The translations under genes were made by a program, and so were the position numbers. 64,000 nt of DNA from Elusimicrobia bacterium UBA5214 (lineage in GTDB: Bacteria > Elusimicrobiota > UBA5214): assembly GCA_002412545.1 (NCBI GenBank), contig DHVG01000002.1:241872-305871 (forward strand), written 5' to 3'. Below, one piece after another: positions 36,193 to 44,408 of the stretch. A model generated the notes under the pieces. The model did not search any database, was not told the DNA's origin, and worked only from the letters and a program-made list of their open reading frames with translations. The number at the start of each line of letters is the position of its first letter. Positions within the stretch are counted from its first letter, which is position 1.

Positions 36193-38116
36193 CTGATTTT
36201 CTAAGCATTTTTTCTATCTGGTAAAAGATTTTTTCACGACTGTATTCGCCTAATTCATATTCTTTACTCATCACTAAAGTCTTGGTTGGACATTGTTCGG
36301 CACACAATCCACAGAACATACATTTGCTGATATCAAAATCATAAATGGTAACTTTCCTTTCCGGACTGCCTGCCGGTGTTCGTTCTACATGGATTGCATA
36401 GACCGGGCAGGTGCGTTCACAGAAACGACAACCAACACAAATCCAAGAATGACAACGCAAACATCTTTCCGCTTCTAATAGGGCTGATTCAGGAGGTAAA
36501 GTTTTTTCAATTTCCGTAAAATTAGTTTTTCTTATTTCTGGAGATAAAAGTGGTATTTTTTTTCTTAATCTTTCCTCTTCAATATTAACAAGGTCAACTG
36601 GTGGGTATTGGTATTTAAGTGCTACCGGTGGGAGGCGGTTTGCTTTCAAATCTTCACCACTTAAATAACGGTCAATAGATACTGCCGCCTGATGTCCAGA
36701 AGCAATTGAACCAACCGCTGAACCCGGACCAGTAACAATTTCACCTGAGACAAAAACACCTGAGACACTTGTTTCTTGAGTAATTTTATCAAAAACAATC
36801 TGCCCACGTTCGGTTAACTCTACACCACTGTCTTTCAGGAGAGATAAATCCGCTGCTTGTCCAATTGCAACAATTACCGTATCCCCTTCAATAGTGGTTG
36901 TTACCTCTTTATTAAACTTAGGATTAAATCTTCCGGCATCATCAAAAACACGGACGCATTCTTCTACTTCTAAACCGTTGACTCGTCCATTTTTACCTTC
37001 GAGAAATCTTTTTGGACCCCAAGAACAATGGATTTTTATTCCTTCTTCTAATGCTTCTTCAATTTCCCAACAGTATGCAGGCATTTCTTTTTTTGCTTCC
37101 AAGCAGACCATAATTACTTCCTTTGCACCAAGTCGTAAAGCACAACGTGCCACATCAACTGCTACATTCCCGCCCCCGATAACAATTACTCTTTTCCCAA
37201 GGTCAGTTTTTTCACCAAAATTTGCCGCATAAAGAAAAGGTAAAGCAAGCAATATACCTTTAAATTCTGCTCCTGGGATTGGCAAACTGCGACTTACTTG
37301 TAAACCAGCGGCAATAAGTAAAGCATCATATTTCCTTCTTAGTTCATTAAAAGATATATCTTTACCAATTTCTATTCCAGTTTTAATTTCAAAACCACTT
37401 TTTGCTAATTCATTTGTCTCTTCAGCAAGTATTTCCCGTGGGAGACGATATTTGGGAATCGTACTATAAAGTTGTCCACCCGGTGCTTGGCGTTTTTCAA
37501 AGATAGTTACTTGGTAACCAGATTTTGTTAAATCGTAAGCAGCGGCTACCCCCGATGGTCCGGAACCAATAATGCCGACTTTCCCATATTTTGTTACCCG
37601 TTTTCCGTTTTCCGTTTTCCGTTTTTTATTTTTGAAATATGCTTCCGCAATTACCCGATGGAGGACGCGTATTGAAATACTTTCGTCATAATAATTTCTC
37701 TTGCAGGCAGTTTCACAAGGATGATGACAAATTCTGCCTAATACTGCGGGGTAAATATTCCTTTCTCGGACTAGTAAATATGCTTCTTCGTAATTTCCTT
37801 CCGCAATAAGTGCATTTTGTCCACGGGCATCAACATTTGCTGGACAGGAACTTGTGCAAGGTGCTAATTTATCCGCATTCAATTTTTCGTTGACTAAGAA
37901 ATCGTAACTTGAAAATTCTGGATTTAAGTATTCAAGTTCAGTTTCACCCATTACATTTTTTAATTTCAATGCTCCCCGGTAGCGTTCCGGTAATTCCCAG
38001 CGCTCGTCAGGATACTGCATCGTTACCGCTCGACGGAAGAGATATTTCATACTGATACTCATCCCGGTAAAAATACTTTTGAAAGCATTGAAAAAATTAG
38101 TTATTTTCTCAGTCAT
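36185..38116 (-). CDS. nuoI: NuoI (2x[4Fe-4S] subunit) interrupted by a GltD/SudA-like NAD(P)H-FAD oxidoreductase module
   Basis: N-terminus KYLFRRAVTMQYPDERWELPERYRGALKL and C-terminus CLRCHSWICVGCRFCERTCP...CMFCGLCAEQCPTKTL are the NuoI parts. The residues between (~60-530) carry CTSSCPANVD, CHHPCETACKR, GIIGSGPSGVAAAYDL, VIVIGGGNVAVDVARCA and VFVSGEIVTG. Confidence 0.85.
   Translation of the reverse strand: MTEKITNFFNAFKSIFTGMSISMKYLFRRAVTMQYPDERWELPERYRGALKLKNVMGETELEYLNPEFSSYDFLVNEKLNADKLAPCTSSCPANVDARGQNALIAEGNYEEAYLLVRERNIYPAVLGRICHHPCETACKRNYYDESISIRVLHRVIAEAYFKNKKRKTENGKRVTKYGKVGIIGSGPSGVAAAYDLTKSGYQVTIFEKRQAPGGQLYSTIPKYRLPREILAEETNELAKSGFEIKTGIEIGKDISFNELRRKYDALLIAAGLQVSRSLPIPGAEFKGILLALPFLYAANFGEKTDLGKRVIVIGGGNVAVDVARCALRLGAKEVIMVCLEAKKEMPAYCWEIEEALEEGIKIHCSWGPKRFLEGKNGRVNGLEVEECVRVFDDAGRFNPKFNKEVTTTIEGDTVIVAIGQAADLSLLKDSGVELTERGQIVFDKITQETSVSGVFVSGEIVTGPGSAVGSIASGHQAAVSIDRYLSGEDLKANRLPPVALKYQYPPVDLVNIEEERLRKKIPLLSPEIRKTNFTEIEKTLPPESALLEAERCLRCHSWICVGCRFCERTCPVYAIHVERTPAGSPERKVTIYDFDISKCMFCGLCAEQCPTKTLVMSKEYELGEYSREKIFYQIEKMLRKSDG
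37608..37635. repeat. In-frame CCGTTTT x4 array inside nuoI-gltD
   Basis: Encodes KRKTENGKRV immediately before the FAD-binding GIIGSGPSG fold. Confidence 0.8.
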
Positions 38117-38120
38117 TTTT

Positions 38121-38170
38121 GCTGTCAGCCATCAGCCTATAGCCGTTAACCGAGGGCTGTGGGCTAATTG
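38121..38170. repeat. Heptamer dyad array (NNNAGCC x3, then NNGGGCT)
   Basis: AGCC/GGCT word family, also at 40297, 50461 and 57088. Confidence 0.7.
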
Positions 38171-38185
38171 TTAAAGGCGAAGTTT

Positions 38186-39139
38186 TCAAAATAAAAGTAT
38201 CCCCAATCCAGTAATTATCAGATTAAATAGAGATAAAGGCAAGAGAATATACCAGTTTAGATACATATGTTGGTCCATCCGAAATCTTGGCAATGTCCAG
38301 CGTAACAAAAGCACAATAAAAACTAAAAAAGATGTCTTCAAGAGAAACCAGAAAAATGGTGGTAAAAATACACCGCGCCAACCACCAAGGAAAAGGATTG
38401 TTGCCATTGCACAACCAGCAATTACATGAGTATATTCAGCCATAAAAAATAGACCAAAGCGCATACCACTATATTCAGTATGATACCCGGAAACTAACTC
38501 TGATTCCGCTTCAGGTAAATCAAAGGGTGTACGGTTGCATTCGGCTAAAGTAGAAATAAAATAAATAAGAAACCCTAAAGGTTGCAAAAAAATATACCAT
38601 ACTTTCTCCTGCGCATTAACAATAGACACAGTACTTAAAGAACCGGTTAACATTATTACCGGGAGTATAGAAAGTAAATGTGGTATTTCATAACTAATCA
38701 CCTGTGCGGTTGAACGCAAACCACCGATTAAAGAATATTTATTGTAAGAACTCCAGCCAGCCATAATAATTCCAATTGCACCAACTGAAGATATAGCTAA
38801 GAAATAAAGAATACCGATATTTAAATCTTTTACGATTAACCCCGGTCCGAGAGGAATTGCGATAAAAGAAAGAAAAACAGGTAGAAAAGCCACATACGGA
38901 GCAATTAAAAAAATAAGTTTATCAATTTTTCCTGGTAAAATTTCTTCTTTCAGTAATAATTTTATCATATCCGCAATACCTTGTAATGAACCATGCCAGC
39001 CGGTACGCATATAACCTAATTTTGATTGAACATGGGAAGCAACTTTTATTTCCGAATAAAGGGTAACTGCTACCGCCGCACCAACAATTGCAAATACAAT
39101 TAACGCTTGAATTATAATAAAAATTAAACTTAGTAACAT
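38186..39139 (-). CDS. nuoH: NADH-quinone oxidoreductase subunit H
   Basis: Blocks GLLQ-type (GSLQGIADMIKLL), NRTPFDLPEAESELVSGYHTEYSG and RWTLPRFRMDQ. Confidence 0.93.
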   Translation of the reverse strand: MLLSLIFIIIQALIVFAIVGAAVAVTLYSEIKVASHVQSKLGYMRTGWHGSLQGIADMIKLLLKEEILPGKIDKLIFLIAPYVAFLPVFLSFIAIPLGPGLIVKDLNIGILYFLAISSVGAIGIIMAGWSSYNKYSLIGGLRSTAQVISYEIPHLLSILPVIMLTGSLSTVSIVNAQEKVWYIFLQPLGFLIYFISTLAECNRTPFDLPEAESELVSGYHTEYSGMRFGLFFMAEYTHVIAGCAMATILFLGGWRGVFLPPFFWFLLKTSFLVFIVLLLRWTLPRFRMDQHMYLNWYILLPLSLFNLIITGLGILLF

Positions 39140-39144
39140 TTTAT

Positions 39145-39190
39145 CTAATTACCTAATTACCCAATCACCCAATTAACCAATTCACTAACT
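39145..39190. repeat. Octamer array (CTAATTAC/CCAATCAC/CCAATTAA)
   Basis: Reverse-complement word family of the GGTAATTGG arrays at 1944, 25267 and 32325. Confidence 0.7.
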
Positions 39191-40289
39191 ACCGGTCTAT
39201 TTCGCCGAAACAAGGGTCTAAACTACCAATAATTATTATTAAGTCAGCAATCAATAATCCCGGTGAAATTAACGGGATGATACTGAGATTACTAAATGCT
39301 GGACTACGAGCCTTAATCCGATAAGGACGAGAAGAACCGTCGCTGACAATATAAAATCCAAGTTCACCACGAGGTGATTCTATATGATGGTAAACATCAC
39401 CCACTGGTGGTTTAAGTAATCTTGGCACCTGGGAATTAAGATACTCACCATCGGGTATGGTTTCTAACGCTTGTTCAATGATTCTTACACTTTGACGCAT
39501 TTCTTCTAATCTCACTTTCGCTCGGTCCCAGCAGTCACCATTTTTACCAACTGGTATATCAAAATCAAATTCGTTATACACAGAATAGGGTTCATCTTTA
39601 CGCAAGTCGTATTTCACACCACAAGCACGGAGAACCGGTCCACTTGCACCATAACTTAATGCATTTTCTTTTTTTAAGATACCGACATTTTTTGCCCTTT
39701 GTGAATAAATGTAATTATTGAGGAGGAAATCTTCGTATTCGTCAATTTTTGGTTTGAAATAGTTACAAAATTCTTTTGTCTTCTCAATAAATCCTTCTGG
39801 TAAATCTTGACTTACGCCACCGAAACGTAAATAGTTGTAGGTCAACCTTGCTCCGCAAAGCATTTCAAAGAGGTCAACAATAAATTCTCTTTCCCGGAAA
39901 CAATAAAGAAAAATTGTAAATGCACCGGCATCCATTCCACTCGCACCGAAAGAAAGAAGGTGGCTGGCAATCCGGTTAAGTTCAGCAACAATGACACGAA
40001 TATACTCTGCTCTTTTTGGCACAGTTATGCCAGCGAGTTTTTCTACGGTCATAGAGTAGGCTAAATTGTTCACCATAGAACTGGGATAATCTAACCGGTC
40101 AGTAAAAGGAATAACTTGTGTGTAGGTACGTGATTCGCATATTTTTTCAAAATTACGATGTAAATATCCGATGTCCGGTTTTGCCTCAACAATTCTTTCT
40201 CCATCAAGTTTAACTATAACTCTTAAAACACCGTGTGTACTCGGATGTTGAGGTCCAACATTTAAATAAAGTTCTTCGGTTTTAATCAT
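39189..40289 (-). CDS. nuoD: NADH-quinone oxidoreductase subunit D
   Basis: GPQHPSTHGVLR and GYLHRNFEKI...TDRLDY. The C-terminus is DPCFGEIDR. There is no hydrogenase-type CxxC nickel ligand pair. Confidence 0.92.
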   Translation of the reverse strand: MIKTEELYLNVGPQHPSTHGVLRVIVKLDGERIVEAKPDIGYLHRNFEKICESRTYTQVIPFTDRLDYPSSMVNNLAYSMTVEKLAGITVPKRAEYIRVIVAELNRIASHLLSFGASGMDAGAFTIFLYCFREREFIVDLFEMLCGARLTYNYLRFGGVSQDLPEGFIEKTKEFCNYFKPKIDEYEDFLLNNYIYSQRAKNVGILKKENALSYGASGPVLRACGVKYDLRKDEPYSVYNEFDFDIPVGKNGDCWDRAKVRLEEMRQSVRIIEQALETIPDGEYLNSQVPRLLKPPVGDVYHHIESPRGELGFYIVSDGSSRPYRIKARSPAFSNLSIIPLISPGLLIADLIIIIGSLDPCFGEIDR

Positions 40290-40296
40290 TGAATTC

Positions 40297-40332
40297 GCCT
40301 TTGGCTATTAGCCATTAGCTATTGGCTAAGAG
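40297..40332. repeat. Heptamer array (GCTATTA/GCCATTA/GCTATTG)
   Basis: Read directly between nuoD and nuoC. Confidence 0.65.
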
Positions 40333-40344
40333 CAGAATTTTAAA

Positions 40345-40740
40345 TCAGTAAAAGTCTGGTCTTTTGGTAATTCTTTCGTCTTGATAATCTTTCCTTAACG
40401 GATGGCCTTCCCAGTATTCCGGTAACAATATTCTTCGTAAATCAGGATGTCCTTCAAAAATTATACCAAACAAATCATAAACTTCACGTTCCTGCCAGTT
40501 TGCTCCTGCCCAAAGTGAAGTCAGGGAATCAATAACCGGATTATCTCGTGGTATTTTAACTTTAATCGTTATACTATTTTTATTTTCTAAAGAGGAAAGA
40601 CGATAGCATAACGAAAATTTTTCCTTTTCATCAACCGCAGTCATAAAAGAAAAATAAGTATATCCCTTGTTCTTAAATTCTTCAGCAATTTTCAGTAATT
40701 CTTCAGTTTTAATTTCAACTATTCTTTCTTCTCCCATCAT
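40345..40740 (-). CDS. nuoC: NADH-quinone oxidoreductase subunit C
   Basis: [27 protein letters not shown] block. Start placed at the ATG forming an ATGA overlap with the nuoB stop, rather than the ORF-track start 40809. Confidence 0.88.
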   Translation of the reverse strand: MMGEERIVEIKTEELLKIAEEFKNKGYTYFSFMTAVDEKEKFSLCYRLSSLENKNSITIKVKIPRDNPVIDSLTSLWAGANWQEREVYDLFGIIFEGHPDLRRILLPEYWEGHPLRKDYQDERITKRPDFY

Positions 40741-41198
40741 TTTCCTTTTCTCACTTTTTCTTGGAGTTCCATAAATCCGTGAATTATTGCTTCTGGTCGC
40801 GGTGGACAACCGGGAATATATACATCCACTTGAATAATTTTATCCACACCTTTAACTACCGAATAAGTATCATAATGGTAAGGTCCACCGGAAATAGCAC
40901 AACTGCCAATTGCAATTACATATTTGGGTGTAGCCATCTGTTCGTATAAACGTTTAACTAACGGTGCCATCTTTTCCGTAATTGTCCCCGCAACCGTCAT
41001 TAAATCTGCCTGCCGGGGAGTTGAACGAGGAATTACACCAAACCGCATCAAGTCATACCGAGCAGCATTAACGGCAATCAATTCCATTCCACAACAGGCT
41101 GTGCCAAAGGGGAACATATAAATTGAATGGCTTAATGCCCAACGGAAAAAAGGTTCTAATTTAGTTAGAATGATATTATTAGGCAGTTCTATATCCAT
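40737..41198 (-). CDS. nuoB: NADH-quinone oxidoreductase subunit B
   Basis: N2-cluster ligand motifs [16 protein letters not shown] and GCPPRPE. Confidence 0.95.
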   Translation of the reverse strand: MDIELPNNIILTKLEPFFRWALSHSIYMFPFGTACCGMELIAVNAARYDLMRFGVIPRSTPRQADLMTVAGTITEKMAPLVKRLYEQMATPKYVIAIGSCAISGGPYHYDTYSVVKGVDKIIQVDVYIPGCPPRPEAIIHGFMELQEKVRKGK

Positions 41199-41560
41199 TT
41201 TAATATTCCTTTACGGGTGAGATAAATCAGTCCTATTACTGGTATACAAACAAAAATTATTCCGGCAAGAAATACTCTTGTTCCCAATTCTTTAAATACA
41301 ATCGCCCAGGGAAATAAAAATATGAATACTGCATCAAAAACAACAAAAATTAAAGCAAAAATATAATAGTGTATACGGAACTGTATCCAAGGTTTACCGG
41401 TGGGTATATTCCCACATTCGTAAGGGAGGAGTTTATCCGGAGTAGATTTGGAGGAAGGACGAATTAAACTTGAGATAAATAAAATTATTCCCAAGATACT
41501 ACTACCAGTGAGAATAAAAATTATTAAAATTAAGTAGTCAAATGTAAAAGAATAGTCCAT
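41189..41560 (-). CDS. nuoA: NADH-quinone oxidoreductase subunit A
   Basis: About 120 aa and 3 TM, with YECG (PYECGNIP) and FLFPWA blocks. First gene after a consensus promoter. Confidence 0.9.
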   Translation of the reverse strand: MDYSFTFDYLILIIFILTGSSILGIILFISSLIRPSSKSTPDKLLPYECGNIPTGKPWIQFRIHYYIFALIFVVFDAVFIFLFPWAIVFKELGTRVFLAGIIFVCIPVIGLIYLTRKGILKWI

Positions 41561-41600
41561 TGTTCTTTACTTAAATATATTTTTTTACAAAATTGTAAGA

Positions 41601-41629
41601 ATTTTAACAAAAAGATTATCTTTTGTCAA
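41601..41629 (-). promoter_or_regulatory. Sigma70-like promoter of the nuo operon
   Basis: On the minus strand, TTGACA - 17 nt - TAAAAT, about 40 nt upstream of the nuoA ATG. Confidence 0.6.
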
Positions 41630-41680
41630 GGAAAAAATTTAAAAATTTGGTGAGTAATATTGAGTTGACCCTTATGTCGT

Positions 41681-44401
41681 TTAATTTTTCGTGGTTCCTT
41701 TTCTTGATTTGGTTAAAAAAAGAGAAAAAATCGTAAAAAGGATTATTATTGACAAAATAATGATTATCGTCTCAAAAGAACGAATATAAAGTGTTCCCAC
41801 CAATACGGCTAAAGAGATTGTCAAAATGAAAACAATTGAGATTACATATCGGCTTAAGTCGCCGGTATGTTGTAAGTTGCTTAAATTTCTACATAAATGT
41901 ACAAACCAAGGTGCAATTTCTTCACCCGTAATCCGTCTTTCTTTTTCCGGAAGAATTTCCCATTCTTCTTTAGCCGCAGGAAGAACTTTTTCTGCTGCAT
42001 GTTCATATTTCTTATCTAACTTACTTAATGCACGCCAGGCAGCAAATTCTTTTCCCGCACCAGAAATTGCATTATGCGCAGTGGCTTCGTAACCAAAATC
42101 TAATTTGCTTAATCCTCGGCAAATTTTAAATACTGCGCCAGGTGTGGGAGTTGTTTTACTCACAATTGTTTCATAATCTAAGTCCAACTTACCTAACCCT
42201 TGACAAGCTTTGAATACTACACCAGGGGTGGGAATTAGTTCACCGGCGGTTGTTTCATATTCCAATTCTTTCTTGGCTAAGTATCCCCAAGTGATAATTT
42301 TTGGATTCCAAATTCCAATTACTATAGTTGAAATAATTTTATCTACGAATTTAGCAAAGATAACGAAATTCCGTTGGCAAAAATTCTTAAATCCATTGAA
42401 TATTTTTAAATAATAATATTCAACTTGTAAATACTGAGAAACGGTAAGGTGAAACCATCCGAACCTAAATCCGAGAATGTACATTATTCCACCAATTAGT
42501 ATCGCGCTACTTACCGCAAGAAGATTATGCATAACCTGTGGGTTGGTAATAAAAGTTTTCTCAATTGGGTGATACAAAATTTCAATAGTTGAACGGATTG
42601 CTTCTTCAGGATGAATATTGTAGAGTAAATGATAAGAATGTGAACTAGGATTGAAATTAAAATATGCTAATGCTGGACCAATAATTTTTTCCAAGAGCCA
42701 GTTTGGAAATAAACCAATAAAAACTATTATTGCAATAAGAATTAAAATCGGTATTTGCATTGACCAAGGTGCCGATTTTACTTGGTTATACTTTTCCGGT
42801 CTTTTCCGTAAAAAAGTTAAAATGAATAATTTTGTATTGGAAGCAAAAGTTCCTGCACAAGTTATAATAAAAATTATTTCCGCAATTCTTAACCCAAAAT
42901 CAGGTGTATAAGTTTTTGAGAAATGTAGCGAATGCTGGTACGCTTCTACAATCGCATGATGAAGTAAGCATTTACTGGCAAAACCATTAAACCCAGGAAT
43001 TCCCGAAATCCCGCAGACAGCAATAAACATACCGATTGCTACCAGAGGCATATTTCGCCAAAGACCACCTAATTTATACATATCTAATTCATCCGTTTTT
43101 AAATATACTGCACCAACGGTAAGAAATAGACACGCCTTGAAAAGTGAGTGGTTAACCATATGATAGAGCGCACCGGCTAAACCCATTGCTCCTTCGGTGC
43201 CCAGATAGGCAGCACAACCGATACCCATAACGATGAACCCCATCTGACTGATACTGTGGTAAGCAAGCATTCTTTTGGAATTGCTTGAAATAAGTGCACT
43301 CAAAACAGCAAGAAACATTGTAATTACACCAATCCAAATTACAATGTAACCGATATTACTTAAAGTTAGCCATTCGTTAATAAGGGCTACATTCTCGGGC
43401 ACAAAGAGCATATTTACGGTTCGGAAAATACCGTAAGCGCCGGCTTTAATCATTGCTCCGGAAGATAATGCTGCGGTAGGTTCAGGTGATTCCGGATATG
43501 CTGCCGGTAACCAGAGATGTTCAAGAAATATTCCGGCTTTACCTCCAAAACCAATAATCATTAGTCCAGCTAGAATATATTTAAATATACCGGGCATAAC
43601 TGTATTTATTTTTTCGGCCATTGGTTTTATTTCCAAATTCCCAGTAAAAGTATAAAGCAAGAAAATACCCGCTAATAAACAGAGTCCAGAAATTATACCA
43701 ATATAAAGAGCAATATTTGCTCCTCGGAGTGCTCTTTTAGTTGCCCGATGAGCAAATAAAGCGTAAGGTAAAAATACCATCCCTTCAAAAAAGATATACA
43801 GAGTAAACAAATCACCAGCAAAGAGAACACCAAGATTTGCTGCGTAGGTAGTCAGAGAAAAAAACTGGTAACGAAGGAAATGTTTCTCTTGTTTGAATGA
43901 AGAAAAAGAAAATAGTGTTCCGACAAACCAAATTAACCCGGAAATTAAAGCAATCAATAGTCCCGCCGGGTCAACTTTGAAGGTTAAATTAAAAAAGGGA
44001 AAGAAAGGGAGAGAATAAAAAGTACCTTTATATTGGTGCTCATTGACTATAATACCCTGAACAACCGGTTTGAAAAGACTTAAAAGTAAAAGAAGAATAA
44101 ATAGAGTTGACAAAAAAAGGATAACCTTTTGCAGTTTTTCATTTTTGCCGACTAAAAGGATAAATCCTGCACTAACTAAAGGGATTAAAATTATCCAGAA
44201 AGGTAATTTTGCATAAGGACTTATTTCTTCGGTTAAAAGCGAAGGGACTTCTTTCTTTAAGGTAATCACCTCATGAGTTTGGGTTAACGTTTCCTCAGCA
44301 TGCTGGATTTCCTTTTCGCTCCCAAGGAGAGTTGCGGAAAATAAAATAGTTAAACTTAAAACATAAAGAAGAATTTTTTTCTTAGTAAACATCGTTTTCA
44401 A
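41681..44401 (-). CDS. MrpA/NuoL-like antiporter subunit (906 aa) with signal-like N-terminus and repeat-containing C-terminal extension
   Basis: Antiporter core (HLWLPAAYPESPEPTAALSSG, KRMLAYHSISQMGF). The C-terminus has three ~28-aa repeats, then LQHTGDLSRYV and a final TM helix (NuoL-like anchor). Confidence 0.8.
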   Translation of the reverse strand: MKTMFTKKKILLYVLSLTILFSATLLGSEKEIQHAEETLTQTHEVITLKKEVPSLLTEEISPYAKLPFWIILIPLVSAGFILLVGKNEKLQKVILFLSTLFILLLLLSLFKPVVQGIIVNEHQYKGTFYSLPFFPFFNLTFKVDPAGLLIALISGLIWFVGTLFSFSSFKQEKHFLRYQFFSLTTYAANLGVLFAGDLFTLYIFFEGMVFLPYALFAHRATKRALRGANIALYIGIISGLCLLAGIFLLYTFTGNLEIKPMAEKINTVMPGIFKYILAGLMIIGFGGKAGIFLEHLWLPAAYPESPEPTAALSSGAMIKAGAYGIFRTVNMLFVPENVALINEWLTLSNIGYIVIWIGVITMFLAVLSALISSNSKRMLAYHSISQMGFIVMGIGCAAYLGTEGAMGLAGALYHMVNHSLFKACLFLTVGAVYLKTDELDMYKLGGLWRNMPLVAIGMFIAVCGISGIPGFNGFASKCLLHHAIVEAYQHSLHFSKTYTPDFGLRIAEIIFIITCAGTFASNTKLFILTFLRKRPEKYNQVKSAPWSMQIPILILIAIIVFIGLFPNWLLEKIIGPALAYFNFNPSSHSYHLLYNIHPEEAIRSTIEILYHPIEKTFITNPQVMHNLLAVSSAILIGGIMYILGFRFGWFHLTVSQYLQVEYYYLKIFNGFKNFCQRNFVIFAKFVDKIISTIVIGIWNPKIITWGYLAKKELEYETTAGELIPTPGVVFKACQGLGKLDLDYETIVSKTTPTPGAVFKICRGLSKLDFGYEATAHNAISGAGKEFAAWRALSKLDKKYEHAAEKVLPAAKEEWEILPEKERRITGEEIAPWFVHLCRNLSNLQHTGDLSRYVISIVFILTISLAVLVGTLYIRSFETIIIILSIIILFTIFSLFLTKSRKGTTKN

Positions 44402-44408
44402 AAATTAG

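Noticed and set aside
39189-40289. The idea that the NuoD homolog is a group-4 [NiFe] hydrogenase large subunit, given the adjacent hyp genes
   Set aside because: The N-terminal RxCGxCxxxH ligand motif is absent (TDRLDYPSSMVNN instead), and the C-terminus has only one Cys (DPCFGEIDR). It reads as NuoD.
40741-40809. 23-codon N-terminal extension of nuoC overlapping nuoB
   Set aside because: An ATGA start/stop overlap at 40740 gives a normal-length NuoC. The extension would overlap 70 nt of nuoB.
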